In this document: positions 50,102 to 61,181 of the stretch, one piece after another
Numbering within the stretch: the first letter of the stretch is position 1
Layout of the letters: every line of letters starts with the position of its first letter
Source of the DNA: Halobacteriovoraceae bacterium
Lineage (GTDB): Bacteria; Bdellovibrionota; Bacteriovoracia; Bacteriovoracales; Bacteriovoracaceae
DNA length: 64,000 nucleotides
NCBI GenBank assembly: GCA_963719505.1
Contig: CAVRCF010000001.1
Location: 1,024,001-1,088,000, forward strand
Reading direction: 5' to 3'
Translations under genes and position numbers: made by a program
The notes under the pieces: generated by a model
Told to the model about the DNA's origin: nothing
Database searches by the model: none
The model's input: only the letters and a program-made list of their open reading frames with translations

Positions 50102-51297
50102 ATGAAATTTTTAAGAGATGTTCTAGATAGAGTTGAGCATCAGTTTGAAAAAGGTGGAAAACTCGAAAAATTATATCCGTTGTACGAAGCGAGGGATACA
50201 TTTTTATACACTCCAGGATCGGTAACCTCTGGTAACACTCACGTTCGAGATGGAATTGATCTGAAAAGAACGATGATCACAGTTGCAATGGCGCTTTTTC
50301 CTGCAATTCTTATGTGTCTTTATAATACTGGTAAGCAAGCCAACCTCGCTATATCCGGTGGCACTGAAGCCGGTGGGTGGAGAGCAGATTTAATGACTGC
50401 TATTGGCCTTGGTTTTGATCCACTGAATATCGTTCATAATTTTCTTTCACGGTCTTCTTTGGTTTCTTCCAGTCTTTCTAGTGACTCAAATTGCTGGTGG
50501 TCTGTGCGAGGGAATCTTTGCTTCCATCAGAGGTCATGAAATAAATGAAGGATTTTTAGTAACAGGTCTTTTGTTTCCTTTAACACTTCCACCTACAATT
50601 CCTCTGTGGCAAGTTGCTGTGGGGATCATTTTTGGTGTTGTGATTGGAAAAGAAATCTTCGGTGGAACTGGAAAAAACATTTTTAACCCTGCCTTAACTG
50701 CTAGGGCTTTTCTTTTCTTCGCATACCCAGCTCAAATTTCTGGAGATGCGGTTTGGACTGCAGTTGATGGATACACGGGAGCGACTAGTTTAGCTCAGGC
50801 TGCTGTTGGTGGTGTGAGTACTATTGGTTGGTCTTGGCAAGATGCCTTCTTAGGTTTTGTTCCAGGTTCAATGGGTGAGACATCTGCACTTGCTTGTCTT
50901 CTTGGTGCTGGTTGCTTATTTTTCAAGGAATTGGTTCTTGGAGAATTATGCTTTCAATGTTGCTCGGTATGGTAGCAATGTCATTTTTATTTAATGCGAT
51001 CGGAAGTGATACAAATCCAATGTTTAGAGTTCCTTGGCATTGGCATTTTGTGATTGGATCTTTTGCTTTTGCATGGTCTTTATGGCAACTGACCCTGTTA
51101 GTGCAGCAATGACAGACCCAGGAAGATTCATTTATGGTTTTTTAATCGGTGTTCTTGGTGTTGTAATAAGAGTTGTGAACCCTGCCTACCCAGAGGGATG
51201 GATGCTTGCGATTCTCTTTATTAATGGTTGTTCACCACTTATTGATTACTTTGTAGTCAATAAAAACATTAAAAGAAGAGAGGCGAGAAATGTCTAA
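50102..51297 (+). CDS. nqrB: Na+-NQR subunit B (three apparent frameshifts)
   Basis: [41 protein letters not shown] recovered across frames; indels near 50445, 50912 and 51070. Confidence 0.9.
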
Positions 51298-52086
51298 AAA
51301 AGGAAATGATTCATTAGAAACAATTCTTGTTGCTGGTGCTCTTTGTCTTGTTTGTTCTCTTTTAGTTTCTTTCACTGTTGTTACATTGAAAGAGAAACAA
51401 GCAAAGAATAAAGAATTAGATTTTAAAAAGAATGTTCTTATGTCTGCAGGTTTAATTAAAGCCGGAGTAAGTGCAGAGGTTGTTGAATCAACATTCTCAA
51501 AAATTAAAACTGTTATTGTTGATTTCGAAACAGGTGAAGTTACAAATGCAGTTGATCCAAAAACATATGATCAAAATAAAGCAGCTTCTAATCCCAAAAT
51601 GAATGTTGAAATTCCTTCAGATAAAGATGTTGCAAGTCTAAACACTAGAGCAAGATACGCTAAAGTTTATCTCGCTCAAAATGAAAGTGGTGAGATTGAA
51701 AAGGTTATCCTTCCAGTTAGGGGAAAGGGACTTTGGTCGACAATGTATGGTTTCTTGGCTTTGGACTCTGATGCAAATACAATTAAAGGATTTGCTTATT
51801 ACTCTCACGGCGAGACTCCTGGTCTTGGTGGAGAAGTTGATAATCCAGCATGGAAAAATCAGTGGATTGGTAAAAAAATCTACAATGAGAGTGGGATGTG
51901 GAATTTAAAGTTGCTAAAGGTCGTCAATAATGAGAATGCCATGGCGAGTATCAAGTTGATGGTCTCAGTGGAGCCACGATTACTGCAAATGGTGTTACAA
52001 GCTCTATGAACTATTGGTTTGGAGCTCACGGTTACAAGAAATTTCTTGAAAACGTTAGATCAGGGGAGAATTTAAATGAAGATTAA
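51290..52086 (+). CDS. nqrC: Na+-NQR subunit C (frameshifted near the C-terminus; end approximate)
   Basis: [34 protein letters not shown] in an alternate frame after about 51895. Confidence 0.9.
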
Positions 52087-52702
52087 AGAATTATTATTGC
52101 TCCTATTCTATCAAATAACCCAATTGCTCTAGGAGTTCTTGGGGTTTGTTCAGCACTTGCAGTTACAGTTCAGTTGAAAAACGTTTTAGTTATGTGTGCA
52201 GCGGTAACTCTGGTTGTGCTTTTGCAAATATGTGTGTTTCTCTCATTAGAAATCATATTCCTAGTTCAATTCGAATTATCGTTCAGATGACCATCATTGC
52301 TTCACTCGTTATTGTTGCTGAGCAATTTTTAAAAGCATTTGTTTATGATCAGTGGAAAACGATGGCTGTTTATGTTGGTCTTATCATTACTAACTGTATT
52401 GTTATGGGACGAACAGAAGCTTTTGCAATGAAAAATGGTCCAATAGCTTCTTTCTTTGATGGGATTGGAAATGGTTTAGGATACTCATTTGTTCTAATCG
52501 TTGTAGGTTTCTTCAGAGAGTTATTTGGTTCAGGAAAAATTTTAGGGTTTAAAATTTTTGAATTAACAAAAGAGGGTGGTTGGTATCAGCCAAATGGTAT
52601 GATGCTGCTTCCACCAAGTGCATTTTTTATTATTGGTTTTATTATTTGGGTTTGAGAATAAAAGATCCATCTCAAATTGAGGAGAAACTAAGATATGATT
52701 GA
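52076..52702 (+). CDS. nqrD: Na+-NQR subunit D (frameshifted; end approximate)
   Basis: [38 protein letters not shown] across frames. Confidence 0.9.
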
Positions 52703-53307
52703 ACATTATGTAAGTCTTATCGTTAAAGCGATTTTTATTGAAAATTTAGCCTTATCGTTCTTCTTAGGAATGTGTACTTTCTTGGCCGTTTCAAAAAGAG
52801 TTTCGACATCAATAGGTCTTGGAGTTGCTGTTATCGTTGTTCAAACAATCACGATACCAGCAAATAATCTTCTTTATACTTACTTTCTTAAAAGAAGGTG
52901 CACTTGCTTGGGCAGGATATCCAGATGTTGATCTTTCTTTCTTAGGCTTGATTTCTTATATCGGAGTTATTGCAGCAATGGTTCAAATTCTTGAGATGAC
53001 ACTTGATAAGTTTTTTCCAGCTCTTTATAACTCTCTTGGAATCTTTCTACCTCTGATTACAGTTAACTGTGCCATTCTTGGTGGGTCACTTTTTATGGTT
53101 GAGAGAGATTATAACTTTGGAGAGTCTGTAGCTTACGGTTTAGGTTCAGGTATTGGTTGGGCATTTGCAATTGCTATTCTTGCAGGAATTAGAGAAAAAC
53201 TAGATTACTCTGATGTTCCACCAGGACTTAGAGGTCTTGGAATTACATTTATGACTAGTGGTCTATTTGCAATTGTCTTTATGTCATTTGCTGGTATTAA
53301 ACTTTAA
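52695..53307 (+). CDS. nqrE: Na+-NQR subunit E (one frameshift near 52892)
   Basis: [35 protein letters not shown]. Confidence 0.92.
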
Positions 53308-53339
53308 TTAGATAAAATAAAAAAGTATAAGGATAAAAA

Positions 53340-54564
53340 ATGACAGAAGTAATTTTAGGCGTCGTAATGTTTACTGGGGTTATTTTAGCCTTGGTTGTAC
53401 TGATTCTGGTTGCAAGAACAAAGTTGTTCCTCAAGGGGATATTCACATTATTGTTAATGGTGAAAAAGACTTAACTGTTTCACCGGGACAAAAACTTTTA
53501 AGCGCTTTATCTGGAGAAAAGATTTTCTTAGGTTCAGCTTGTGGTGGTGGTGGAACTTGTGGTCAGTGTTTGGCCCAAATTATTGAAGGTGGAGGAGATA
53601 TTCTTGCAACTGAAAAATCACATATCACTAATAAAGAAGCTCGAGAAGGCTGGAGACTTGCTTGTCAGGTAACTTGTAAGCAAGACATGAAAGTTCAAGT
53701 TCCCGATGAAGTTTTTGGTGTTAAAAAATGGACATGTAAAGTTCGATCCAATGATTCTGTGGCAACTTTTATTAAAGAGCTTATTCTTGATCTTCCTAAA
53801 GGTGAGTCAGTTCCATTCAAAGCTGGTGGATTTATTCAAATTGAACGACCTGCTGGTTTAACAATTCACTTTAAAGACTTTAATGTTGAAGACGAATATA
53901 GAGAAGATTGGGATAAATTTAATCTGTGGAGATATATTTCAATAGTGATGAAGAAACAATCAGAGCTTATTCAATGGCCAATTACCCTGAAGAAGAGGGA
54001 ATGATTATGCTGAATGTTCGTATCGCAACTCCTCCTCCAAGAGCTCCTGAAGGAACACCTCCAGGAGCTATGTCATCTTATATTTACAATCTTAAAGCAG
54101 GTGACGAGTGTATAATCTCTGGACCATTTGGTGAGTTCTTTGCTAGTGAAACTGATAAAGAGATGGTCTTTGTCGGTGGTGGAGCAGGTATGGCTCCAAT
54201 GAGATCACATATTTTTGATCAACTAAGACGTTTAAATTCGAAAAGAAAGATGACTTTTTGGTATGGAGCAAGATCTAAACGAGAAATGTTCTACGTTGAA
54301 GATTTTGACACTCTTGCACAAGAGAACGATAACTTTGAGTGGCACGTTGCGCTCTCTGATGCTCTTCCGGAAGATAATTGGGATGGTTATAAAGGGTTTA
54401 TCCATAACGTCGTTTTAGAAAACTATTTAAAAGATCATCCAGCGCCAGAAGATTGTGAGTACTATCTGTGTGGTCCTCCAATCATGAACCAATGTGTGAT
54501 GGATATGCTTCTTGATTTAGGAGTTGAGCCTGAAGATATCATGCTTGATGACTTTGGTGGATGA
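53340..54564 (+). CDS. nqrF: Na+-NQR subunit F (two apparent frameshifts)
   Basis: [42 protein letters not shown]. Confidence 0.93.
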
Positions 54565-54591
54565 TAAAAAGAAATTGATAAATGATAAAAG

Positions 54592-54620
54592 AAAAGCCCC
54601 AGTTAATCTGGGGCTTTTTT
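54592..54620. terminator. Bidirectional intrinsic terminator
   Basis: AAAAGCCCCAG-TTAAT-CTGGGGCTTTTTT. Confidence 0.9.
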
Positions 54621-54636
54621 ATTTGTGGAAAAATCT

Positions 54637-57600
54637 TTATAAAACATAAAAGCTTATAATAGCTCCATTAAACTGACCGTCATTCCAAACTGGAGATCCA
54701 CTTACACAGATGGATACAGTTTTTCCATCACCCGTTTTAACGGTTATTTTTTGGTTACTTACATTTTCTTTATTATTGATGACCTTATATGTAACTAAGT
54801 CCTCTCTTTTAAGAAGCTCACCCTCAAGATCTTTTACTTCCCATTTAGGGTTATCAAAAGATCTTTGATAAATCTCATCCTTATCCATTTTTAGAGATTT
54901 TATGGCGAAGTCATTTGCGAACTCAATTGATCCCTCTTTGTCGAAGACAATCATAGGCATTGGGTTATTCTCAATGAGAGCTCTCAGAGTTTCCAGTTCT
55001 CTTTTTATTCTATCTTCATCTTTTTTCTCTTCTCGAGGTTTAAATAAGGTATATCTTATTCCAGATAAGCGGCCGGCATTATTGTAACGTCCGTTAGCGA
55101 TGAGAGTAACTTGAAGTTCCTCATCATTGTTGTCGAGTCTGTATGTCTCGCTTATGTAAGCTGGAAGCCCATTATCAATTTGCTTTCTAACAAGACCGAT
55201 ATCATTTTGGGCCTTTAATGGGATAAGAATTGACTCGTGAACTCCCAAGGCTTTATCCCTATCAATTTTAAAGAATCTCACTGAAGAATCAGGCCAATAG
55301 TCAATCCGTCCTTCTGGGTCTACACCATAAGTGATTTGATCTTCAGAGAGTAAAAACTTGAAAAGTAGGTCTTGAGATTCTCTGACTGCTTTAAGTTCAG
55401 AAATATCGATGACCATAACAACAACACCATCTTTAATTCCCTCATAAGACTCGTAAGGATGAATTTTTACGAGAGACCATAAATCAGTATTAATTTTAAT
55501 CTGCTTCTCTATTGGTTCTCTCTTTTCAATAACTTCTTTACAGTCATTGAAAAAATCCGCGTATATAGGTTTACTAAAATCTGAGATTTGCCTGCCGACA
55601 TCACCTTCGCGAAGTTTGGCGATTTCCATCATTCTTTTAGATACTTTTCTGATAACCATTGTTGAGTCTAAGAAGAGTGTCCCTATATGAGCTATCTCCA
55701 AGATTGTATCGAGATCTTTTCTTCCCTCAGAGATCTCATCAATCTTGTTCTGATACTCAGAGTTCATCGTATAAAGCTCTTCGTTTACTGACTGGAGCTC
55801 TTCGTTAACAGACTGAAGCTCTTCATTTGTCGTAACGAGTTCCTCATTTGAGCTTTGCAGCTCTTCATTAGATGACTCTAGGTTTTCAACGGTAAAGTTC
55901 AAGTCTTTTCTGCTTTGATCAAGCTCTTCTAAAAGTCCTTCGACAACATCTCCACTTGACTCAGTGTTTGTGGGTCTATCTTTATTTTCTTCTACGGGAG
56001 CTATTTGAATGAGAAAGATTTCTCCGCTGGCCTTCATGACTTTTTTTAGGGCAGAGACTCTTAAAAGTTGTCCGTTGAGCGATATGTTTGACTGGGCTTT
56101 GTGAGCATTTTCATCGACAGTTATTTGTGAGTTGCTAATCTTTTGAAATCGCTTCATTAAAAGTAAAACAGCTGTTTTTAACTCTGGTTTTAAGACCTCA
56201 TAAATCGTTTTTGACACAGATCCGGCTCTAAGTGTTGTGTAATGATTTACATCTCCAGCAATATGAAGAAGATCTCCATTGATATTAATCGCAAATGTTG
56301 GAGTTGATATTTCCTCTATAATTGCGTGCTCAATTGATGAGGATGATATGGCCATGGGTCTTTTAGAGTCACCATTTTGCTGTGTCGTCTTTGTTCTGAC
56401 TGATCGAGTTTGGATGACATCAAACATTCTTGATGAGGTGAGATTTGATACCTTTTTAAAAATTTTTGCTTTTTGATCTATCGTCTCTATACCTGGAGAG
56501 GTAGGTGCAGATTCACTACTTCCCAAAAAGAGATATCCATCTCTGAGCAGACTATGTTCTAAGATCATGACCGTCTCTTTTTGAGCTTCTTTGTCAAAGT
56601 AGATGGCACAGTTTCTAAAAGAGATGAGATGCATTCTTCCAAAAGGAGGGTCTGATAGTAAGTCGTGTTTTGAGAAAACGACCTTGTCGCGAATTGATTT
56701 TTTTATTCGAAAGCTACCACCAGAAATTTCTTCAAAATATCCAGCCCTATATCCTTCAGGAACATCTGAAAGAGCACTATTTGGATAGGTTGCATCTTGA
56801 GCTTTTGCAATGGCTCTTTCATCAATGTCTGAGCCGAATATTCGAAAATCTAGTGACGATTTTTCTTTTTTGATGGCTTCGGTTAGGAGAATCGCTATTG
56901 AGTAGGCTTCTTCTCCACTTGAGCATGCCGGCACCCACACTCTTAGTTTCTTATCAGAGATATCCATTTTGACTAATTTCTTTATCGCTTTCTCTACAAG
57001 GGCTTCAAAGAATTCTGGATCGCGGAAAAAAGACGTAACACCTATAAAAAAATCGTTCGCGAGATTTCTAGATTCAATAGGGTCAGTTTTAAGTCTCGCT
57101 AAGTAGTCCTCAATAGAACCAAGTCGGCTCAATGCAACTCTTTTTGCAATTCGTCTTTTGAGCGTTCCTTTTTTGTATCGAGTAAAATCAATGGAACAGG
57201 ATTCTGATATTTGTTTGATGATCTCTTCAAATGAATAATCTTTCTCTGAAACTTCTAATATTGCTTTTTTTGAATTTTTGCTTACTTCAATAAGCTCGAG
57301 TATTTCCTCGGGAAACTCATCTAGCGTTGTAACGATATCGGCGAGTTCGTTTTTAATAATAGCGGCAGGCATGCTTGCAAACTTTGCATCGTGAGGAGCT
57401 TGTGCCATGACAAAGCCACCCTCCTCTTTAATTGCCCTACAACCTCTTACCCCATCTGTCCCACTTCCAGACAAAATAACCGCAACAGCTTTCTCGCACT
57501 GATCTTTTGCGAGGGATTCTAGAAATATATCGATTGAGTGGAGGGGAGTTCTATCTTCAAATTCCCCGTACTTTGTTAATTTTATCTTGCTGTCTTCAAC

Positions 57601-57861
57601 TTCTAGCTTTGTTCCCGGAGGCGGTAGAAAGATTCTATTTGAGCTCAATGACATTCCCGTTTCGGCTTGGACGATTTCAATGTCAGTGAGGTTTTTTAGA
57701 ATGTCTGGCATATGCGAGCTATGGTTTGGAGATAAGTGCTGCATGATAATATAGCAACAATTGTCAGCCGGAAGTTTTCCAACAATGGACTTTAAAGCCT
57801 CCACTCCACCAGCGGAGCAACCAATTCCAACAACTACTTCAAAATGTCTATCTCTCGCCAT
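54637..57861 (-). CDS. CheB-CheR fusion with coiled coil and PAS domains, no kinase domain
   Basis: CheB triad CSAGG/QHL/GTDG; CheR WVPACSSGEEAYS and SDID; EELQS(S/V)NEEL repeats; C-terminal PAS domains. Confidence 0.9.
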   Translation of the reverse strand: MARDRHFEVVVGIGCSAGGVEALKSIVGKLPADNCCYIIMQHLSPNHSSHMPDILKNLTDIEIVQAETGMSLSSNRIFLPPPGTKLEVEDSKIKLTKYGEFEDRTPLHSIDIFLESLAKDQCEKAVAVILSGSGTDGVRGCRAIKEEGGFVMAQAPHDAKFASMPAAIIKNELADIVTTLDEFPEEILELIEVSKNSKKAILEVSEKDYSFEEIIKQISESCSIDFTRYKKGTLKRRIAKRVALSRLGSIEDYLARLKTDPIESRNLANDFFIGVTSFFRDPEFFEALVEKAIKKLVKMDISDKKLRVWVPACSSGEEAYSIAILLTEAIKKEKSSLDFRIFGSDIDERAIAKAQDATYPNSALSDVPEGYRAGYFEEISGGSFRIKKSIRDKVVFSKHDLLSDPPFGRMHLISFRNCAIYFDKEAQKETVMILEHSLLRDGYLFLGSSESAPTSPGIETIDQKAKIFKKVSNLTSSRMFDVIQTRSVRTKTTQQNGDSKRPMAISSSSIEHAIIEEISTPTFAININGDLLHIAGDVNHYTTLRAGSVSKTIYEVLKPELKTAVLLLMKRFQKISNSQITVDENAHKAQSNISLNGQLLRVSALKKVMKASGEIFLIQIAPVEENKDRPTNTESSGDVVEGLLEELDQSRKDLNFTVENLESSNEELQSSNEELVTTNEELQSVNEELQSVNEELYTMNSEYQNKIDEISEGRKDLDTILEIAHIGTLFLDSTMVIRKVSKRMMEIAKLREGDVGRQISDFSKPIYADFFNDCKEVIEKREPIEKQIKINTDLWSLVKIHPYESYEGIKDGVVVMVIDISELKAVRESQDLLFKFLLSEDQITYGVDPEGRIDYWPDSSVRFFKIDRDKALGVHESILIPLKAQNDIGLVRKQIDNGLPAYISETYRLDNNDEELQVTLIANGRYNNAGRLSGIRYTLFKPREEKKDEDRIKRELETLRALIENNPMPMIVFDKEGSIEFANDFAIKSLKMDKDEIYQRSFDNPKWEVKDLEGELLKREDLVTYKVINNKENVSNQKITVKTGDGKTVSICVSGSPVWNDGQFNGAIISFYVL
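55770..55872 (-). repeat. Imperfect 21-bp tandem repeat encoding heptads (NEELQSV)
   Basis: Periodic GCTCTTCGTT/CTCTTCATT units inside the CheB-CheR gene. Confidence 0.6.
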
Positions 57862-58081
57862 GCGTTACCCTTGCCATCGACCATAAGTAAAGGACAATTA
57901 TAGTGCAGTTATCGCTCAATTTCTACCGAATGTTAGTAAATATATGGACTAAGTTTTCTGGCTTTAAAGATGAGGGGAGTTGCCACAAAGAACCTTTATT
58001 GGTAGCTATAGTGCTCTATGGTGCGAGTTAGTTCCTGTTGGTGCGCCGTGTAGATAGAACCGAAAACTTGAGGTTACATTT

Positions 58082-59594
58082 TTGAACGGTAATGAAGACA
58101 ATATATTCTTGAGTCGATTCTTAGAAGCTTTACCTATAAATACGTTTGAGGTGGATCCTACTGGTGAGTACAAGGCCCTTAAGGATACTAATGATGATCT
58201 ACTTGTCGAAGTAGATCAGAGAACGGGAAATTTCTGGTCTGATATCAATGACCAACTAAGCGAAACTTTGTGGAACCGATACAGGCACTCACAAAAAGAA
58301 TCAAGAGCAATTGAAGAAGAATTTAGTTTCTATAAAGCTGAAGGTGAAATCGTTTGGCTTAAGGTGACTATCGTCGCAGGTCACGAAATATCTTACCTCT
58401 CATACGAGAATATTACTGAGAAGAAAAAAGATTTAGCAAAAATCATGCGTGATGAAAGAATTTCGACTATCGGTATCCTAGCCGGAGGCTTGGCCCATCA
58501 ATACAACAATCTTCACCATGCCGTTATGGCCCATTGTTTTCGAAGCAAGGCAAGAAGATATTTCTGAAAATGCAGATCGAAAGCTTAACTCAGCAACTTC
58601 TATGTTAGAGCAAGGGTCAAATCTATCAAGAAGCTTAATGAGTCATTTGCGTGACTCTGATCAGGATTTCACCACAGAGATGAGCTCTGATGTCATGGAC
58701 AGAGTGGCCATGCTTGTTAAAGACGAGCTGATGAAACTTAACTGTAGACTAATTCTTGAGGGAGATTCATGGCCTATTATTTGTAAGCCAACTTCTTTAG
58801 ATCAAGTCTTGGTAAATCTAATTATAAATGGTGCTCATGCCTGTTATGAAACAGATGAGACTGGCGTAGTAAAAGTATCAATTTCTCAAGAAGAGGAAAG
58901 TGATTTTGTTCAAATTCGAGTCACCGATAATGGTGTCGGCATAGCAAATGAAAATATAAATAAGCTTTTTGCCCCACTTTTTTCGACTAAAGGTGTCTAT
59001 GCAACTAAGAGTTCTAAAGCGTCAAACCTCAAAGGGACAGGGCTGGGACTTCATTTAGCAAGACAGTTAGTGAGTGAGCAAAAAGGTGATTTAAGATTGG
59101 AGAGTACCTCTTCTTCTGGAACGACCTTCCTTATTAAAATCCCTCTAGGTGAGGTTGCTGACCTTGTTATAAATAATGGCGATCAATTACCTGAAAAAGT
59201 AGACGACAAAAAATTTAAAATTTATGTTGCTGATGATGCCAAAGAGAATAGGGCAATCCTTAAAGTGTATTTAAAAGACAAAGCTTTAAGTTTTATGGAA
59301 GCTGAGAACGGAGAGATAAATGAGGAAGAAATTTTAAAATTTAATCCTGATATTATTTTTGTTGATTGGCTTATGCCTAGGTTTAACGGCAACGATTTTT
59401 TAAGTTATATGGCTTCTAATGAAAAAATCTCACATTTAATGGAGAGAGTTGTTATTTTGTCTGGCTTGGATTTGTCGGATGAAATTTCGAGATGGAGCTC
59501 CAAGGTCAGAGCTGTAGCTAAAAAACCTATTTCTCAAACTAAGCTTATAGGGCTTCTCGAAGGACTAAATGTTAAACGCCACTATTTATCGTAG
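58082..59594 (+). CDS. Hybrid sensor histidine kinase (PAS-like, HisKA, HATPase, REC), one frameshift near 58530
   Basis: GLAHQYNN H-box, NLIING, DNGVGI, GTGLGL, REC ADD/VDWLMP/KKP; TTG start with GAGG RBS. Confidence 0.85.
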
Positions 59595-60003
59595 TCGCAT
59601 AAGGCGTGCTCTCAATGAGCAAGAACTTAATGAGCTCATTTCTGTAAGTAATAAAACAAATAAAAGACTTGGCCTGTCTGGGTTTCTTTGTCGTACTGAA
59701 AATTACTATGTTCAATACCTGGAAGGAGAAGATCTGGCCTTAAATCTTGTGCTAAAAAAGATTTTAAAAGATGATCGCCATTTTGATATCATCATCGAAG
59801 AGGTTCCTATTGATACGAGACGGTGCACTGATTGGGGAATGGTACAGGTGAGTGGTCTGTTGGAAGGTGGCATTACATTTGCCCATTTGATGGCAGATAT
59901 TTTAGGAAGGTCAAAGAGTGTGGAAAAGCTGGAACTAAATAAAAACATTATTAATCTCGTTGAAAAACAGATTGAATTATCATCTTTAGACAGTAGTTAT
60001 TGA
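59569..60003 (+). CDS. BLUF blue-light sensor protein
   Basis: IYRS, N..LGLSGFL, YVQYLEG, KDDRH, RR..DWGM; conserved Tyr, Gln, Trp and Met. Confidence 0.9.
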   Translation: MLNATIYRSRIRRALNEQELNELISVSNKTNKRLGLSGFLCRTENYYVQYLEGEDLALNLVLKKILKDDRHFDIIIEEVPIDTRRCTDWGMVQVSGLLEGGITFAHLMADILGRSKSVEKLELNKNIINLVEKQIELSSLDSSY

Positions 60004-60012
60004 GGTCTTATT

Positions 60013-60177
60013 ATGAATATGGAATCTATTAAAACTTTTCTTATTATCATTGCTGTTATTGTGGCTTGTGCTATAGGATATAATGCTTTTAAGTTTGATG
60101 GTGAAATTGAAAAGCCGGGCATGACAAAAAAAGAAATGCAGGAAAACTTTGAAAATAAACCTTATCTCAACCGATAA
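60013..60177 (+). CDS. 54-aa single-TM small protein
   Basis: MNMESIKTFLIIIAVIVACAIGYNAFK...; GAGGT RBS overlaps the BLUF stop. Confidence 0.6.
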   Translation: MNMESIKTFLIIIAVIVACAIGYNAFKFDGEIEKPGMTKKEMQENFENKPYLNR

Positions 60178-60277
60178 CTAAGTATCCATTTTTTATATGG
60201 ATTAGCTCTATCTATTAAACTTTTATATCCCGTCTTTATCAACTATAAGTGGTCCATCATCGAAACTTGGAGCTTGT

Positions 60278-60676
60278 ATGAGATTAATTCTTTTCACTAT
60301 CATTTCATTAAACATTTTTGCTTTTTCTTCAAATCCTGAATCTATCGAGCAAACCGCTTTGGCAAAGCTATTGAAGAAGCTGACACTTGAGACTTGGGAG
60401 AGAGGTCACGATCAAATCGAGATAAGCCAGGAAAAGTTTAGCTTCGCTAGATTTAACAGCTTTTTAGAGACGGAGATGATCCATATGGAAGAAGAATTAT
60501 ATGAGGAAGATATTATTCAGTATAATGCATGTCTGTTAAAAGAGACTTGCAGTCTGTACAAGATCAATGTCGCTTCGGAGTTCTATGGCGGATTTGGTTT
60601 TGATTATCACTTTGCTCGTCTTGATTTGGAGACAGGAGAAATCCTTGTCAAAAGCTACGTCGGCTATAACGAGTAG
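60278..60676 (+). CDS. Hypothetical secreted protein
   Basis: Signal peptide MRLILFTIISLNIFA; GGAG RBS. Confidence 0.65.
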   Translation: MRLILFTIISLNIFAFSSNPESIEQTALAKLLKKLTLETWERGHDQIEISQEKFSFARFNSFLETEMIHMEEELYEEDIIQYNACLLKETCSLYKINVASEFYGGFGFDYHFARLDLETGEILVKSYVGYNE

Positions 60677-60677
60677 C

Positions 60678-61121
60678 TTAATTATTTAAATAATCTCTGA
60701 TCTTTTCAACTCTTTTTCTGTTGGCCCCCATGTCTGAATATCCAACTCTCGATGCACTTCTAATTGAGAGTTTATCTCCATTGAGCATAACTTCAATATC
60801 ATCAACATAGCCCATTATTTTAGATTTAAAAGTAAAGTGAGAGTAGTTACCATCTGTTTTAATCAGACTGAGCCCAAACTGCTCTAATTTTGTATTTATT
60901 TCTTCTAGTGTGAGGATTGTATCGATTGGTTTAATGGCATGCTTCTCGTCTGAGTTCGTCGTCGAGACACAGTTGGGTTTATCAGGACACTCCATTAAAG
61001 TTCCCTTTTTCACACCTGTTTCGATTTGTTTTTTTTCACTATAGATACCCATTCCCTTGAAGTACCCAAAACCAATAACAAGGACAATCGCGACAGAAAT
61101 CATAACTTTACCTTTTTTCAA
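60678..61121 (-). CDS. DUF1499 family protein
   Basis: CPDKPNCVST, GYVDDIE, IRSASRVGYSDMGANRKRVE. Confidence 0.9.
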   Translation of the reverse strand: MKKGKVMISVAIVLVIGFGYFKGMGIYSEKKQIETGVKKGTLMECPDKPNCVSTTNSDEKHAIKPIDTILTLEEINTKLEQFGLSLIKTDGNYSHFTFKSKIMGYVDDIEVMLNGDKLSIRSASRVGYSDMGANRKRVEKIRDYLNN

Positions 61122-61181
61122 AACTTCTCCAGGGGATAAAATTGTGTTACATAGTTAATTGTTACACAATTTAGGGGTTTT

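Noticed and set aside
50102-54564. Programmed frameshifting in the nqr genes
   Set aside because: Too many sites, mixed directions, and no shared slippery motif.
55770-55872. Periodic repeats resembling a CRISPR or VNTR array
   Set aside because: They are coding heptads of the CheB-CheR coiled coil; no spacers and no cas genes.
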